From a virus (taxonomy: Duplodnaviria > Caudoviricetes): DNA of 43,602 bases. The translations under genes and the position numbers were made by a program. How positions within the stretch are numbered: position 1 is the first letter of the stretch; each line of letters opens with the position of its first letter. Positions 35,192-42,899 of this stretch are shown here, piece after piece. The notes under the pieces were generated by a model. The model did no database searches and was not told where the DNA came from. It saw only the letters and a list, made by a program, of their open reading frames with translations. The stretch lies in IMG/VR virus record IMGVR_UViG_3300031949_000079, positions 1 through 43,602 of that record, one strand, 5' to 3'.

Positions 35192-35633
35192 CGTCTGTAT
35201 AACTTGGTGCCTCCGAGAAGCGGAGTGCAAGTGGTGTGGACAGATGATAAAGGCTGGGACATCTATGGTCACGGTGTTCTGGTGGAATAAGGGACAGGAT
35301 GGTAGAAGATGGAATGTAAAGAAATACTACCACCTGGAGTATGAAGGAGAACATTGTTGGGAGAATCAAGGTCTGGACTACCTGAAGTTGAACCCTTATG
35401 TCCCATATGTGAGGAAGAAATCCATGCTGCTGAGTCCAGAGGACAAAAGGAAGAGGTTGCTGATACTAAAAAGAAAGGCGTCACTAAACCAAGACTTGAG
35501 AGAATTGGACGTTACAGCTACAGGGTATGCAGAAAGGTTCACAAGCATTGAGGCAAAGAAGGCACAGTTGATGTTGGAGATATTGCCTTATGGTGGGATA
35601 CCCAAGAGTTGGACAGAGGAGTTGTTAAGATGA
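35178..35633 (+). CDS. Zinc-binding hypothetical protein
   Basis: CKWCG..IKAG...H...C motif followed by a coiled coil. Confidence 0.65.
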   Translation: MTIPNVCITWCLREAECKWCGQMIKAGTSMVTVFWWNKGQDGRRWNVKKYYHLEYEGEHCWENQGLDYLKLNPYVPYVRKKSMLLSPEDKRKRLLILKRKASLNQDLRELDVTATGYAERFTSIEAKKAQLMLEILPYGGIPKSWTEELLR

Positions 35634-36052
35634 TGAAAGTTTACCAAACCAAGTTTGGGGGTAGTGATGCACCACTGGAGGAGCAGGGTAACTGCTTCCA
35701 AGCCTGTGTAGCATCCATACTAGAGATACCACTAGAGGAAGCATTTGATTGTAAACTATACCCAGACGATGAATGGTTTGATAAGTTCAATGAATGGCTG
35801 ACCAAGTATGGATTGGCCTGCATCATGTTTGACCATAGTAAGGAGAAACCCGTGGCGGCCACAAAGGTTCTAGGGTATGCCATAATGGACTGTATGAGCA
35901 CCACACTGTATCATGGTGAGCACCATGTGGTTATCATCAAGGATGAGGAGGTAGTGCATGACCCCAACCCACATGCGGAGGGTAGGATTGGTGATTGCCA
36001 AGGATTCTCCCTCCTAGTCCCTGTTAATGTAGCAAATTGGAGTAAGAGATGA
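35630..36052 (+). CDS. Papain-fold (C39-like) peptidase-type phage protein
   Basis: GNCFQACVASIL...HVVI...HDP (Cys-His-Asp pattern). Confidence 0.6.
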   Translation: MMKVYQTKFGGSDAPLEEQGNCFQACVASILEIPLEEAFDCKLYPDDEWFDKFNEWLTKYGLACIMFDHSKEKPVAATKVLGYAIMDCMSTTLYHGEHHVVIIKDEEVVHDPNPHAEGRIGDCQGFSLLVPVNVANWSKR

Positions 36053-36453
36053 GAGTTATACTAACCAGTTTCAGAGATGCTGCTAACCATACAGGAGAGA
36101 AGTTCTCAATTGCAAGATGGCAACCAAGAGGGTTCCACATACCTGAACTCAGGTGCCTGGCTCCACTTGATTCACACAATATACCAATATACCATCTACC
36201 ATCAGATGAATACCGTAGGAGATATGAGTCCGAGGTATTAAGTTCGGACGCTGCCTTTGCACAGATAGCATCCAACTTACTATCATACAAGGATTTGGTT
36301 CTATGTTGTTGGTGTAACCCAGATAGACAGAAAGGATATGCCAAACTCATGTGCCATAGAGTATTAGTTGGTTACTTCATAGAGAAGAGGCTTCCAATGG
36401 TTGAGGTTGTGTATAAGGATGGTGCAGAGAATCCAATATGGGAGAGATTATGA
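36049..36453 (+). CDS. DUF488-like protein
   Basis: TSF...SIAR..P...LAP...Y..RY...LVLCCW...CHR.LV pattern. Confidence 0.65.
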   Translation: MRVILTSFRDAANHTGEKFSIARWQPRGFHIPELRCLAPLDSHNIPIYHLPSDEYRRRYESEVLSSDAAFAQIASNLLSYKDLVLCCWCNPDRQKGYAKLMCHRVLVGYFIEKRLPMVEVVYKDGAENPIWERL

Positions 36454-36686
36454 GTTATACCTACATGAAGTATGAGGAATACATGGCCTCTGATGTTTGG
36501 AGATGTAAGGACTCTCCGACAGGTGGGCATCATTGGATTGAGAGGAGAATAGATGGATTGTCAAAGGGCCAGTTCTACTGCAAATGGTGTTATGACGCCA
36601 GACACTTTCCAGTTACATACGCTGAAGCTCTTGGCGGTAAGAAGATACCTCCACTTGTACACATGATTGTTAAGGAGGATGTATGA
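36450..36686 (+). CDS. Small zinc-binding protein
   Basis: C..SPTGGHHW...CKWC. Confidence 0.65.
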   Translation: MSYTYMKYEEYMASDVWRCKDSPTGGHHWIERRIDGLSKGQFYCKWCYDARHFPVTYAEALGGKKIPPLVHMIVKEDV

Positions 36687-36796
36687 ATAAACTGGAAAGC
36701 ATAGGATACGCCGTTCTAATTATCCTGTTCATATTTGGTCTGACCGTGCTGGTGTTTGGCATAAATCACTTGGTGGTCTGGATTCGAGGCTGTTGA
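36683..36796 (+). CDS. 37-aa single-TM peptide
   Basis: Manual translation; AAGGAGG SD. Confidence 0.55.
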   Translation: MNKLESIGYAVLIILFIFGLTVLVFGINHLVVWIRGC

Positions 36797-36999
36797 CCAT
36801 CTTAGGCTGGAAATCCTGTGGAAGGACAAATTTTTCAGAGAGCACCTAGATAAAGCAATCATTATCTCATAACTCCCGCACCCGTACCTGCTATGATGTT
36901 ATGTCAAGCCAGCCTCTGTATGATTATGTCAACCTACAGGATGGTGACAATAGTCTCCGAGAGTGTGCAACCGTGACAAATGACAGAGTGCTGGTAGGT

Positions 37000-37013
37000 A
37001 GAACATATGTTCT
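37000..37013. promoter_or_regulatory. LexA-type SOS box AGAAC-N4-GTTCT (#1)
   Basis: TAGAACATATGTTCTA is a perfect 16-bp palindrome in intergenic DNA. Confidence 0.75.
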
Positions 37014-37074
37014 AATAGCTGGTGCTGGATGTAAGTGAGTGCTCACATACCTAGCCTCTATTGGTTGCTAGAAT

Positions 37075-37088
37075 AGAACAAAGGTTCT
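37075..37088. promoter_or_regulatory. LexA-type SOS box AGAAC-N4-GTTCT (#2)
   Basis: TAGAACAAAGGTTCTA, ending 44 nt before a -35 box. Confidence 0.75.
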
Positions 37089-37132
37089 AATATAAAGATT
37101 TTATAAAGGTGCCAAAAATAGTCCTGAAACAC

Positions 37133-37161
37133 TTGACAAACACCATGCCTTGTGTTATACT
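37133..37161 (+). promoter_or_regulatory. Early sigma70 promoter
   Basis: TTGACA-17-TATACT with extended TG. Confidence 0.85.
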
Positions 37162-37361
37162 TGTAGTATAAGAGAATATAGTGAGGTTAGATGATACAAC
37201 ATAGAGCTAGAGTTATCTAGCAGTTAGGACTAAGCATAATCCGAGGAGTGCGTCAAAGTATATGGATTGGTAAACTTGTCCGATTATAACGAGGATAACG
37301 ACCTCTACATAGATGGCTACTATTGGAGTAGCAAGTCTATGGACTGCTGGGAGGTGATAAG

Positions 37362-37565
37362 ATGACGACACGATTTCCCTTAAGGCAGTACCATACTGAG
37401 GACTTGATAAGGAGTACTCCTCCGAGACGCAAAGTAACGATACTAGGACAGCGGGCTACGTTCCGCCAACACTGGTTCAAACTTGCAAAACTTAGGGAGT
37501 GCCCAAATAACTATCGCTATGCAGTCCGCTCCGCCGCTATCAAGTTCTTCTCAACGCAGGCTTAG
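37362..37565 (+). CDS. Basic hypothetical protein
   Basis: 67 aa; GGAGGTG SD. Confidence 0.6.
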   Translation: MTTRFPLRQYHTEDLIRSTPPRRKVTILGQRATFRQHWFKLAKLRECPNNYRYAVRSAAIKFFSTQA

Positions 37566-37648
37566 CGCCTGCCAGCAGTCCATAGCGTTAGTTCTGGAGT
37601 GGCAACGTCATAACTAACACCAAAGTAAAATAGAAGGAAGGTGTTATT

Positions 37649-38257
37649 ATGAAGGAACAACCAAAAGTAAGCAAACCCGTAACCGCACCAGCAGTTGTGG
37701 CGCCTGCCGCTGTAGCCGTGCCCAAGCCGACTCTTGACGAATTGAAGACGCAACTCAAAGCCTCCATCATCGACAACAACGATGCCCTGTTCAACGAGTT
37801 GGTCACGAAAATCGCCAAGATGAAGTCCGAGTTGGCTAAACAGGCTGGCGAGCTTGCCAAGGAAGAGGCGAAGGCTCTGTCCGGCGTCCGTATGCAAGTC
37901 GCTGTCGCCATCTTCACAGCTGTGAAAAAGCTGAACCTTGACGCCAAGCTCATTGAAGTCAAGGCAAAGGGCTTCACGTACCCGCTTGACTTGCCTGATG
38001 CTCAGGGCGTCATGGTCACGTACAAGTCCGTGGCGCTGTCTGTACCGACTGTCAAAACCCGCGCTGGTGGAACAACGGGTGGCGGCAAGTCCAAAGACGA
38101 GTACGGCATGAGCCTTGGTGAAATTTTTGACAAATTCGCCACACCTGCACAGAAAGCCGAGCTTTCCTCACTCACGGCCCACAACGCGGCGTACTTTTTC
38201 AAGCTCACCGTCAAGAAAGCCGCCATCGCCGCCGGTATGCTCCAGCCCGTGAAGTAA
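37649..38257 (+). CDS. Lys/Ala-rich early protein
   Basis: 202 aa, SD present, followed by a terminator; visibly more CpG-rich than the rest of the genome. Confidence 0.8.
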   Translation: MKEQPKVSKPVTAPAVVAPAAVAVPKPTLDELKTQLKASIIDNNDALFNELVTKIAKMKSELAKQAGELAKEEAKALSGVRMQVAVAIFTAVKKLNLDAKLIEVKAKGFTYPLDLPDAQGVMVTYKSVALSVPTVKTRAGGTTGGGKSKDEYGMSLGEIFDKFATPAQKAELSSLTAHNAAYFFKLTVKKAAIAAGMLQPVK

Positions 38258-38287
38258 GCTCACGGCTCCCATTCAACTCATGCAAAT

Positions 38288-38325
38288 GCCCAGTCCCTAG
38301 TTGCCAGGACTGGGCGTTTTTGTTT
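38288..38325 (+). terminator. Rho-independent terminator
   Basis: GCCCAGTCC / GGACTGGGC stem followed by GTTTTTGTTT. Confidence 0.85.
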
Positions 38326-38428
38326 ATAGTGAGTGAGGTTGTGGACATGGCTGAGGAATTGCAGGACATTTGAGGTACATGGTCGGATATGCTGAGTGTG
38401 TGCCTAGCTAACATTATGTCAAGTGCTA

Positions 38429-38457
38429 TTGACATTTGCAATACCATGTGCTATAAT
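38429..38457 (+). promoter_or_regulatory. Consensus sigma70 promoter
   Basis: TTGACA-17-TATAAT with extended TG; the -35 is half of the inverted repeat TGTCAA-N6-TTGACA. Confidence 0.9.
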
Positions 38458-38578
38458 GGAAGTAGGACAATTAGAAGCAAGAAAGGACAGTAGGATGATA
38501 ACAGTTAAACAGCTTAAGGACTGGTTGAACGGCCTACCAATGGCGGTCTGGAGTGGCCAATATATGGAGGTAGGGTAG

Positions 38579-38911
38579 ATGAACAAATCTGAGTATCATG
38601 GCATCCTGGCAGGTGGTGGGTCTGAGCCTACTGAGCAGGACATCAAAGCCTGGTATGACTGGGACCAGATGCAGGACCATCTTGCCATCCGGCATCCATG
38701 TCCATGTTGTGGCAAGAGACGAACTCGGTGGATAGGCAGAGAGTGGAGCATCTGCTATTCCTGTCTCATTGGGTTCACCTTTGAGGATATGGTTCCAGTC
38801 CATACTCCGGAGGTGGTCACCGAGTATCAGCAGAGGATATTAGAGCAGGACAGAGCTAACAACGAGTCCAATAGGTGGGATGATATAGCCTATATATTTG
38901 GGAAAGGATAG
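38579..38911 (+). CDS. Zinc-ribbon protein
   Basis: CPCCG...CYSC; GGAGG SD. Confidence 0.65.
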   Translation: MNKSEYHGILAGGGSEPTEQDIKAWYDWDQMQDHLAIRHPCPCCGKRRTRWIGREWSICYSCLIGFTFEDMVPVHTPEVVTEYQQRILEQDRANNESNRWDDIAYIFGKG

Positions 38912-38937
38912 TCAGAATACTTAGGAAAGGAGGAGTC

Positions 38938-39093
38938 ATGAAGGTCAAGGACGTCAAGGGAATTACCTGTCCAGAGTGTGACGAATTTATTCTAAAGGAT
39001 GATATTCCAGCAGAAGAAGTTCGTTACCAGTGTGGAGAATGCGAAGAAGTCTACGAGGACAGGGACGAAGCCAAAGAATGTTGTAAGGACTAA
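38938..39093 (+). CDS. 51-aa zinc-finger microprotein
   Basis: Manual translation: CPEC...YQCGECEEVYEDRDEAKECC; AAGGAGG SD. Confidence 0.7.
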   Translation: MKVKDVKGITCPECDEFILKDDIPAEEVRYQCGECEEVYEDRDEAKECCKD

Positions 39094-39162
39094 TCTCCTG
39101 ACCCTGCCCACCAGAGAGGTCAACAGACTAACAGCTGGTGGGTAGGGATGAGGAGGTCAGCC

Positions 39163-39363
39163 ATGAGGTACCTATTAGTTGTGACCGGAGGCTTCCTAGC
39201 CTACGTAGCTGGGGCAGCAGCCTACATATTTAGCTATGTCATAATGACTGGGCAATATATCGTGGTAGAACCTAACATGGCTGTACTATGGACCGAGTTT
39301 ATCGGCTCCATTATGCTTGTTAGTATAGGTATTACCTGTGCAATATACGCAACTAGGAGGTGA
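39163..39363 (+). CDS. Two-TM membrane protein
   Basis: Two hydrophobic segments; AGGAGG SD. Confidence 0.65.
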   Translation: MRYLLVVTGGFLAYVAGAAAYIFSYVIMTGQYIVVEPNMAVLWTEFIGSIMLVSIGITCAIYATRR

Positions 39364-39366
39364 GCC

Positions 39367-39549
39367 ATGAATATAGTCATACAGAAAGCCAAGATGGAGA
39401 ATGGTAAGGAGGTTGTCATTATTGCCAACCATACTGACTTCCATGCCCACCATCGTCAGTTACCGGATGTGGAATGGCAACCTCTATCCACCGAGGTATT
39501 GATTAGGTCATATCCAAATTACCAATTTCTGTCAGGAAAGGTATTCTAA
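39367..39549 (+). CDS. Hypothetical protein
   Basis: 60 aa; AGGAGGTG SD. Confidence 0.6.
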   Translation: MNIVIQKAKMENGKEVVIIANHTDFHAHHRQLPDVEWQPLSTEVLIRSYPNYQFLSGKVF

Positions 39550-39664
39550 ATAGTAGGAGGTGCACGTACCGGTTCCTACGACTGGATAAGTCTAAGTAAT
39601 GAGTATGCAGCTCACCCTGAGATGCACTACCAATGGCTTGGTGAGCAGAAGAAAGGAGGGTAAC

Positions 39665-39829
39665 ATGATAACAGCAACAATCAAGGACAACAAACTGACC
39701 ATCACCGCTGACCTGGGTGGCAGCATGGCCAGTATGTCTGGAAAGACTACCATCATGGCCAGCACTGGTGGCTTCCAGGCTGTACTTGACTTCTCGTACA
39801 GCCTCAATGTAATCAAGACCAAGAAATGA
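39665..39829 (+). CDS. 54-aa hypothetical protein (S.SGKT...ASTGG)
   Basis: AAGGAGG SD before ATG 39665. Confidence 0.7.
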   Translation: MITATIKDNKLTITADLGGSMASMSGKTTIMASTGGFQAVLDFSYSLNVIKTKK

Positions 39830-39841
39830 AAGGAGGATAAT

Positions 39842-40063
39842 ATGGCAGAACCCAGTCGTAAGAGTCCGGAGATGGACAAATTCCTGGATGATGTTTGTCA
39901 GGTCAGCTTTGGTCGTAAGCGACATGACTCCATAGTGGAGGACATCTGTGTCTGTTGTGGCAATACAGCCACCATATTCAAGGATGAATTGTCCAGGAGG
40001 GAGTATTCCATATCCGGTATGTGCCAGACATGTCAGGATAAAACATTCGGAGAGGAGGAATAA
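39842..40063 (+). CDS. Zinc-finger protein
   Basis: CVCCG...FKDELS.REY.ISGMCQTCQD. Confidence 0.75.
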   Translation: MAEPSRKSPEMDKFLDDVCQVSFGRKRHDSIVEDICVCCGNTATIFKDELSRREYSISGMCQTCQDKTFGEEE

Positions 40064-40276
40064 ATGGCTAAAGAATTTACCCAAGAGGACAAGGACAGGA
40101 TGGATGCCAATGCCGTCCTTGCCGAACAGGAACTAAGTCAGGCATTGGTAGACGACCAACTCCTAGCACCAGGCATTGACTACATCATTAACTGGCACCA
40201 ACGCTGGTACATCAAGGCCGGACACAAGCGTCTTGGCCGTATGCTTGTAGGCATGGCCAAGGAACAGAAGGAGTAG
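40064..40276 (+). CDS. Hypothetical protein
   Basis: 70 aa; W..WY..AGHKRLGR. Confidence 0.7.
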   Translation: MAKEFTQEDKDRMDANAVLAEQELSQALVDDQLLAPGIDYIINWHQRWYIKAGHKRLGRMLVGMAKEQKE

Positions 40277-40277
40277 T

Positions 40278-40499
40278 ATGGACAAAGTCAAGCAGGCTAA
40301 GAAGGTGGAGAAGGTCATGCCAATTAGCACCATGAACCTCCCTCCCACACCAAAGCAAGTCCGTGCCATAGCCAAACTTGCTCAACGCCTGAACATTATG
40401 GAGGCTGTGGAGGAGACACCCAAGTCCCGACTGGAGGCACGCAACCTCATATATAGGATGAGGGAGGAGGCCAAAGAGAAGGAGACTAAGGGTGGATAG
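40278..40499 (+). CDS. Hypothetical protein
   Basis: 73 aa; PTPKQ..AI..L...SRLEA..LI. Confidence 0.65.
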   Translation: MDKVKQAKKVEKVMPISTMNLPPTPKQVRAIAKLAQRLNIMEAVEETPKSRLEARNLIYRMREEAKEKETKGG

Positions 40500-40533
40500 A
40501 TAGAAATATATATAGAATTAGCTATCATAAGTT

Positions 40534-40775
40534 CTAGCAAGGCTGGGACACTAAAGTCATTCCTTCCTTCTCTTGGAGGTAGATAATATGGAGGCCGATA
40601 TCAACCTGTTCAGCCATATGGTGGCACCAGTTACAGAGCCACAACCCAAGGCAGGGGTGTTCATCATCCCAATGGTGGTAGTCCAATCTGATGGACTCCT
40701 TACCACATTACCATATGCCTTATACTTCTCATGGTTATTTTCCTTCCATATTCTTTGGTACTCTGCATTACTCAT
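40534..40775 (-). pseudogene. Frameshifted, internally deleted HNH-like gene (paralog 3)
   Basis: ATG 40775 frame gives MSNAEYQRIWKENN...; a second frame from ~40707 reads CGKESIRLDYHHWDDEHPCLGLWLCNWCHH...* but lacks the first Cys of the CxxC. Confidence 0.75.
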
Positions 40776-40793
40776 GTTATACCTCCTAGATTT

Positions 40794-40822
40794 ATTATAA
40801 CATGTTTATTGCAAGTTGTCAA
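40794..40822 (-). promoter_or_regulatory. Consensus sigma70 promoter of the HNH-like pseudogene
   Basis: TTGACA-17-TATAAT with extended TG, then AGGAGG. Confidence 0.85.
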
Positions 40823-40854
40823 CATAAAATAAATATTTCTAGCGGAGGTGAAAT

Positions 40855-41160
40855 ATGGATTACCAAGTGGACTACAATAGTAATGGCAAACCACAGAGGG
40901 TCAGATTTGAGCCCTCACTGGCCAACAGTCATGGTGAGTATAACCGATATTTGGCCAACCATATCATTAAGGAGTTTGGGGTACCAGGCTGGGACTGGAA
41001 GATGCCCACACTATCCCAATATTGTGAAACAACTCAATACCTTCAATCAGAGATTGACCAAGCTCAGGCCCGTGTCAGTGCCCTTATTGAGGAAATGGAA
41101 CATTGGACAATTCTGAATCATATCTATGAGGAGTCCAGGAAGGAGATTAAGCATGGATAA
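40855..41160 (+). CDS. Hypothetical protein
   Basis: 101 aa; GGAGGTG SD. Confidence 0.7.
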   Translation: MDYQVDYNSNGKPQRVRFEPSLANSHGEYNRYLANHIIKEFGVPGWDWKMPTLSQYCETTQYLQSEIDQAQARVSALIEEMEHWTILNHIYEESRKEIKHG

Positions 41161-41308
41161 CGACACCATATTCAGACTGAGGGAACTTCAACGCCTGGTG
41201 GAGATAAGGAATGGGTGGGTATCCTATCTTATGTCCCTACTCGATAACACCTATATCAAACAGTGGCTCAGATTCATTGAGTTGAATAGGTGCAGTAGGC
41301 ATGATTAA
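41153..41308 (+). CDS. Small hypothetical protein
   Basis: AAGGAG SD before ATG 41153. Confidence 0.5.
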   Translation: MDNDTIFRLRELQRLVEIRNGWVSYLMSLLDNTYIKQWLRFIELNRCSRHD

Positions 41309-41390
41309 ATGGATAATTGCACTGCCCATAGTGTTGATACTGTTCCTACTCTACCTGATACTAATGAAACAATATTTGTGGGGAGGTTAA
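41301..41390 (+). CDS. 29-aa single-TM peptide
   Basis: Manual translation MIKWIIALPIVLILFLLYLILMK... Confidence 0.45.
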   Translation: MIKWIIALPIVLILFLLYLILMKQYLWGG

Positions 41391-41391
41391 T

Positions 41392-41490
41392 ATGGTTGAG
41401 TTAGTTACTTGCATAGTTGGAGGTACAATTCTCCTATGTGCAGCCTTTACTTTGTGGTGGGGGGTTCTTCCATGGGGAAGGGGACATTAG
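41392..41490 (+). CDS. 32-aa single-TM peptide
   Basis: Manual translation; GGAGG SD. Confidence 0.45.
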   Translation: MVELVTCIVGGTILLCAAFTLWWGVLPWGRGH

Positions 41491-41493
41491 GAA

Positions 41494-41931
41494 ATGAAAC
41501 TCACGTCCAACGACATCAAGCGTAAGGTGCTGGTTGAGTCCGGTCTGGAACAGTTCCGTCCTGAACCCAAGAAGCACAGGCTTGTCCGGCCCAAGATGGT
41601 CCGGGCCAGTGTCAATATGCCCAAGACTCCATTGATGAAGTACCTAGAGCAGAAGTATGGCAAGCCTGTCCATGATGTATTGACCTCTGGCTCCCTCTCT
41701 GTTGTAGCCAAAGTCTGGGGTAATGAGGTTGATGTCAGCACCATCAGCAGATGGATAAAGAGATATAAGCTCCGGTACACCAAAGATAACCTGCCAGTCT
41801 GTATGTACTGTGAACACCATGAGCCAACCTGTGACCTTGGCATATGTAGTATCCTAACGAGTATGGAGCGGTACGACCTATTACTGTTGAAGAAGAATGA
41901 GGTGCTTGAATGCCTGAACCTGCAAGGATGA
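41494..41931 (+). CDS. HTH protein with a Cys cluster, upstream of the helicase
   Basis: SLSVVAK...VDVSTISRWIK; CMYC...C...C. Confidence 0.65.
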   Translation: MKLTSNDIKRKVLVESGLEQFRPEPKKHRLVRPKMVRASVNMPKTPLMKYLEQKYGKPVHDVLTSGSLSVVAKVWGNEVDVSTISRWIKRYKLRYTKDNLPVCMYCEHHEPTCDLGICSILTSMERYDLLLLKKNEVLECLNLQG

Positions 41932-42689
41932 GGGGATTGACACCTAATGAACTAATTGCATGGACGCCACCAATCTTCAAGACTATTATAGGGGAGAACA
42001 TACTGGTGGACCAAGGGACCATGTGTATCTATGGCACCGAAGGAACATACAAATCAATGTTGGTTCTGGACCTCAGCTTCCGTATCTCTAAGGGTATGGA
42101 TTGGTTTGGCTATCATACCACCCTCAGTCCTGTGTACATGTTCCAATCCGAGATACCACAAACCTTCATGCGTGAAAGAATGCTGGGATACATGCAAGGC
42201 AACAAACTAGCCACAGACAATATCTGGTTCTGCTCCGAGTTATATGAGAAGATAGATAAAGGCTGGGGCTACACTGAGTTGGAGCGTGAGATAAATAGGA
42301 CATGCTCAAAAGTCCTATTCATAGACCCATTGTACAACTCGGTATCAGCCAAACTGGTTGACGATTATGAGATGGGCATATTTACGGATAGGATGAATAT
42401 GCTCCGTTCCAAATACAAACTCTCCATCATCCTGGTTGGACATGACCGTAAGCCAGAACATAGTGAAGGTGAATCATTCCATTATGGTACTGATGAACTG
42501 TTTGGCTCTGGTAGACTAAAGAAGTGGCTGGATACCATAATCTACGTTGAGTTAAAGAATGATGGTGACAGTACCATGGACCTCAAACTTACCTTTGAGA
42601 AGCATAGGCATACCAAATCAAAACTACCACCCATTGATGTAACCATATTCAGGTCTGACTTGACCTTTAGGAGAAAGGAGACACTATGA
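41910..42689 (+). CDS. RecA-superfamily helicase (AAA_25 / RepA-like)
   Basis: Walker A variant YGTEGTYKS, FQSE, Walker B LFIDPL, ILVGHDRK, GS, EKHR. Confidence 0.8.
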   Translation: MPEPARMRGLTPNELIAWTPPIFKTIIGENILVDQGTMCIYGTEGTYKSMLVLDLSFRISKGMDWFGYHTTLSPVYMFQSEIPQTFMRERMLGYMQGNKLATDNIWFCSELYEKIDKGWGYTELEREINRTCSKVLFIDPLYNSVSAKLVDDYEMGIFTDRMNMLRSKYKLSIILVGHDRKPEHSEGESFHYGTDELFGSGRLKKWLDTIIYVELKNDGDSTMDLKLTFEKHRHTKSKLPPIDVTIFRSDLTFRRKETL

Positions 42690-42844
42690 AGGAGCAAGGA
42701 ATCAAGGTTACCAAGCTGGAACTGAACCAAGACCAGTTCATTAAGTATATATTGGACAACACCACCGAGTCCAGCATATTCCGTATCTACAAAACCATCA
42801 ACTACATAGGAGTTGGTGTGGACATAATGCCCCTGCAGGAGTAG
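42686..42844 (+). CDS. 52-aa hypothetical protein
   Basis: Manual translation; AAGGAG SD; ATGA overlap. Confidence 0.6.
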   Translation: MKEQGIKVTKLELNQDQFIKYILDNTTESSIFRIYKTINYIGVGVDIMPLQE

Positions 42845-42864
42845 GTATTGCAATAGCTGGTGAC

Positions 42865-42894
42865 TTGACAGACTGAGTGCCTTTGTGCTATAAT
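42865..42894 (+). promoter_or_regulatory. Sigma70 promoter, probably leaderless, heading the recombination/replication operon
   Basis: TTGACA-18-TATAAT with extended TG; ATG 42900 begins 6 nt after the -10 and has no SD. Confidence 0.8.
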
Positions 42895-42899
42895 ACACT

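Noticed and set aside
39545-39650. Twister or pistol ribozyme (TAAATAG, CCGGTTCCTAC...GGATAA)
   Set aside because: I could not build the required pseudoknots or conserved core; kept only as generic stems.
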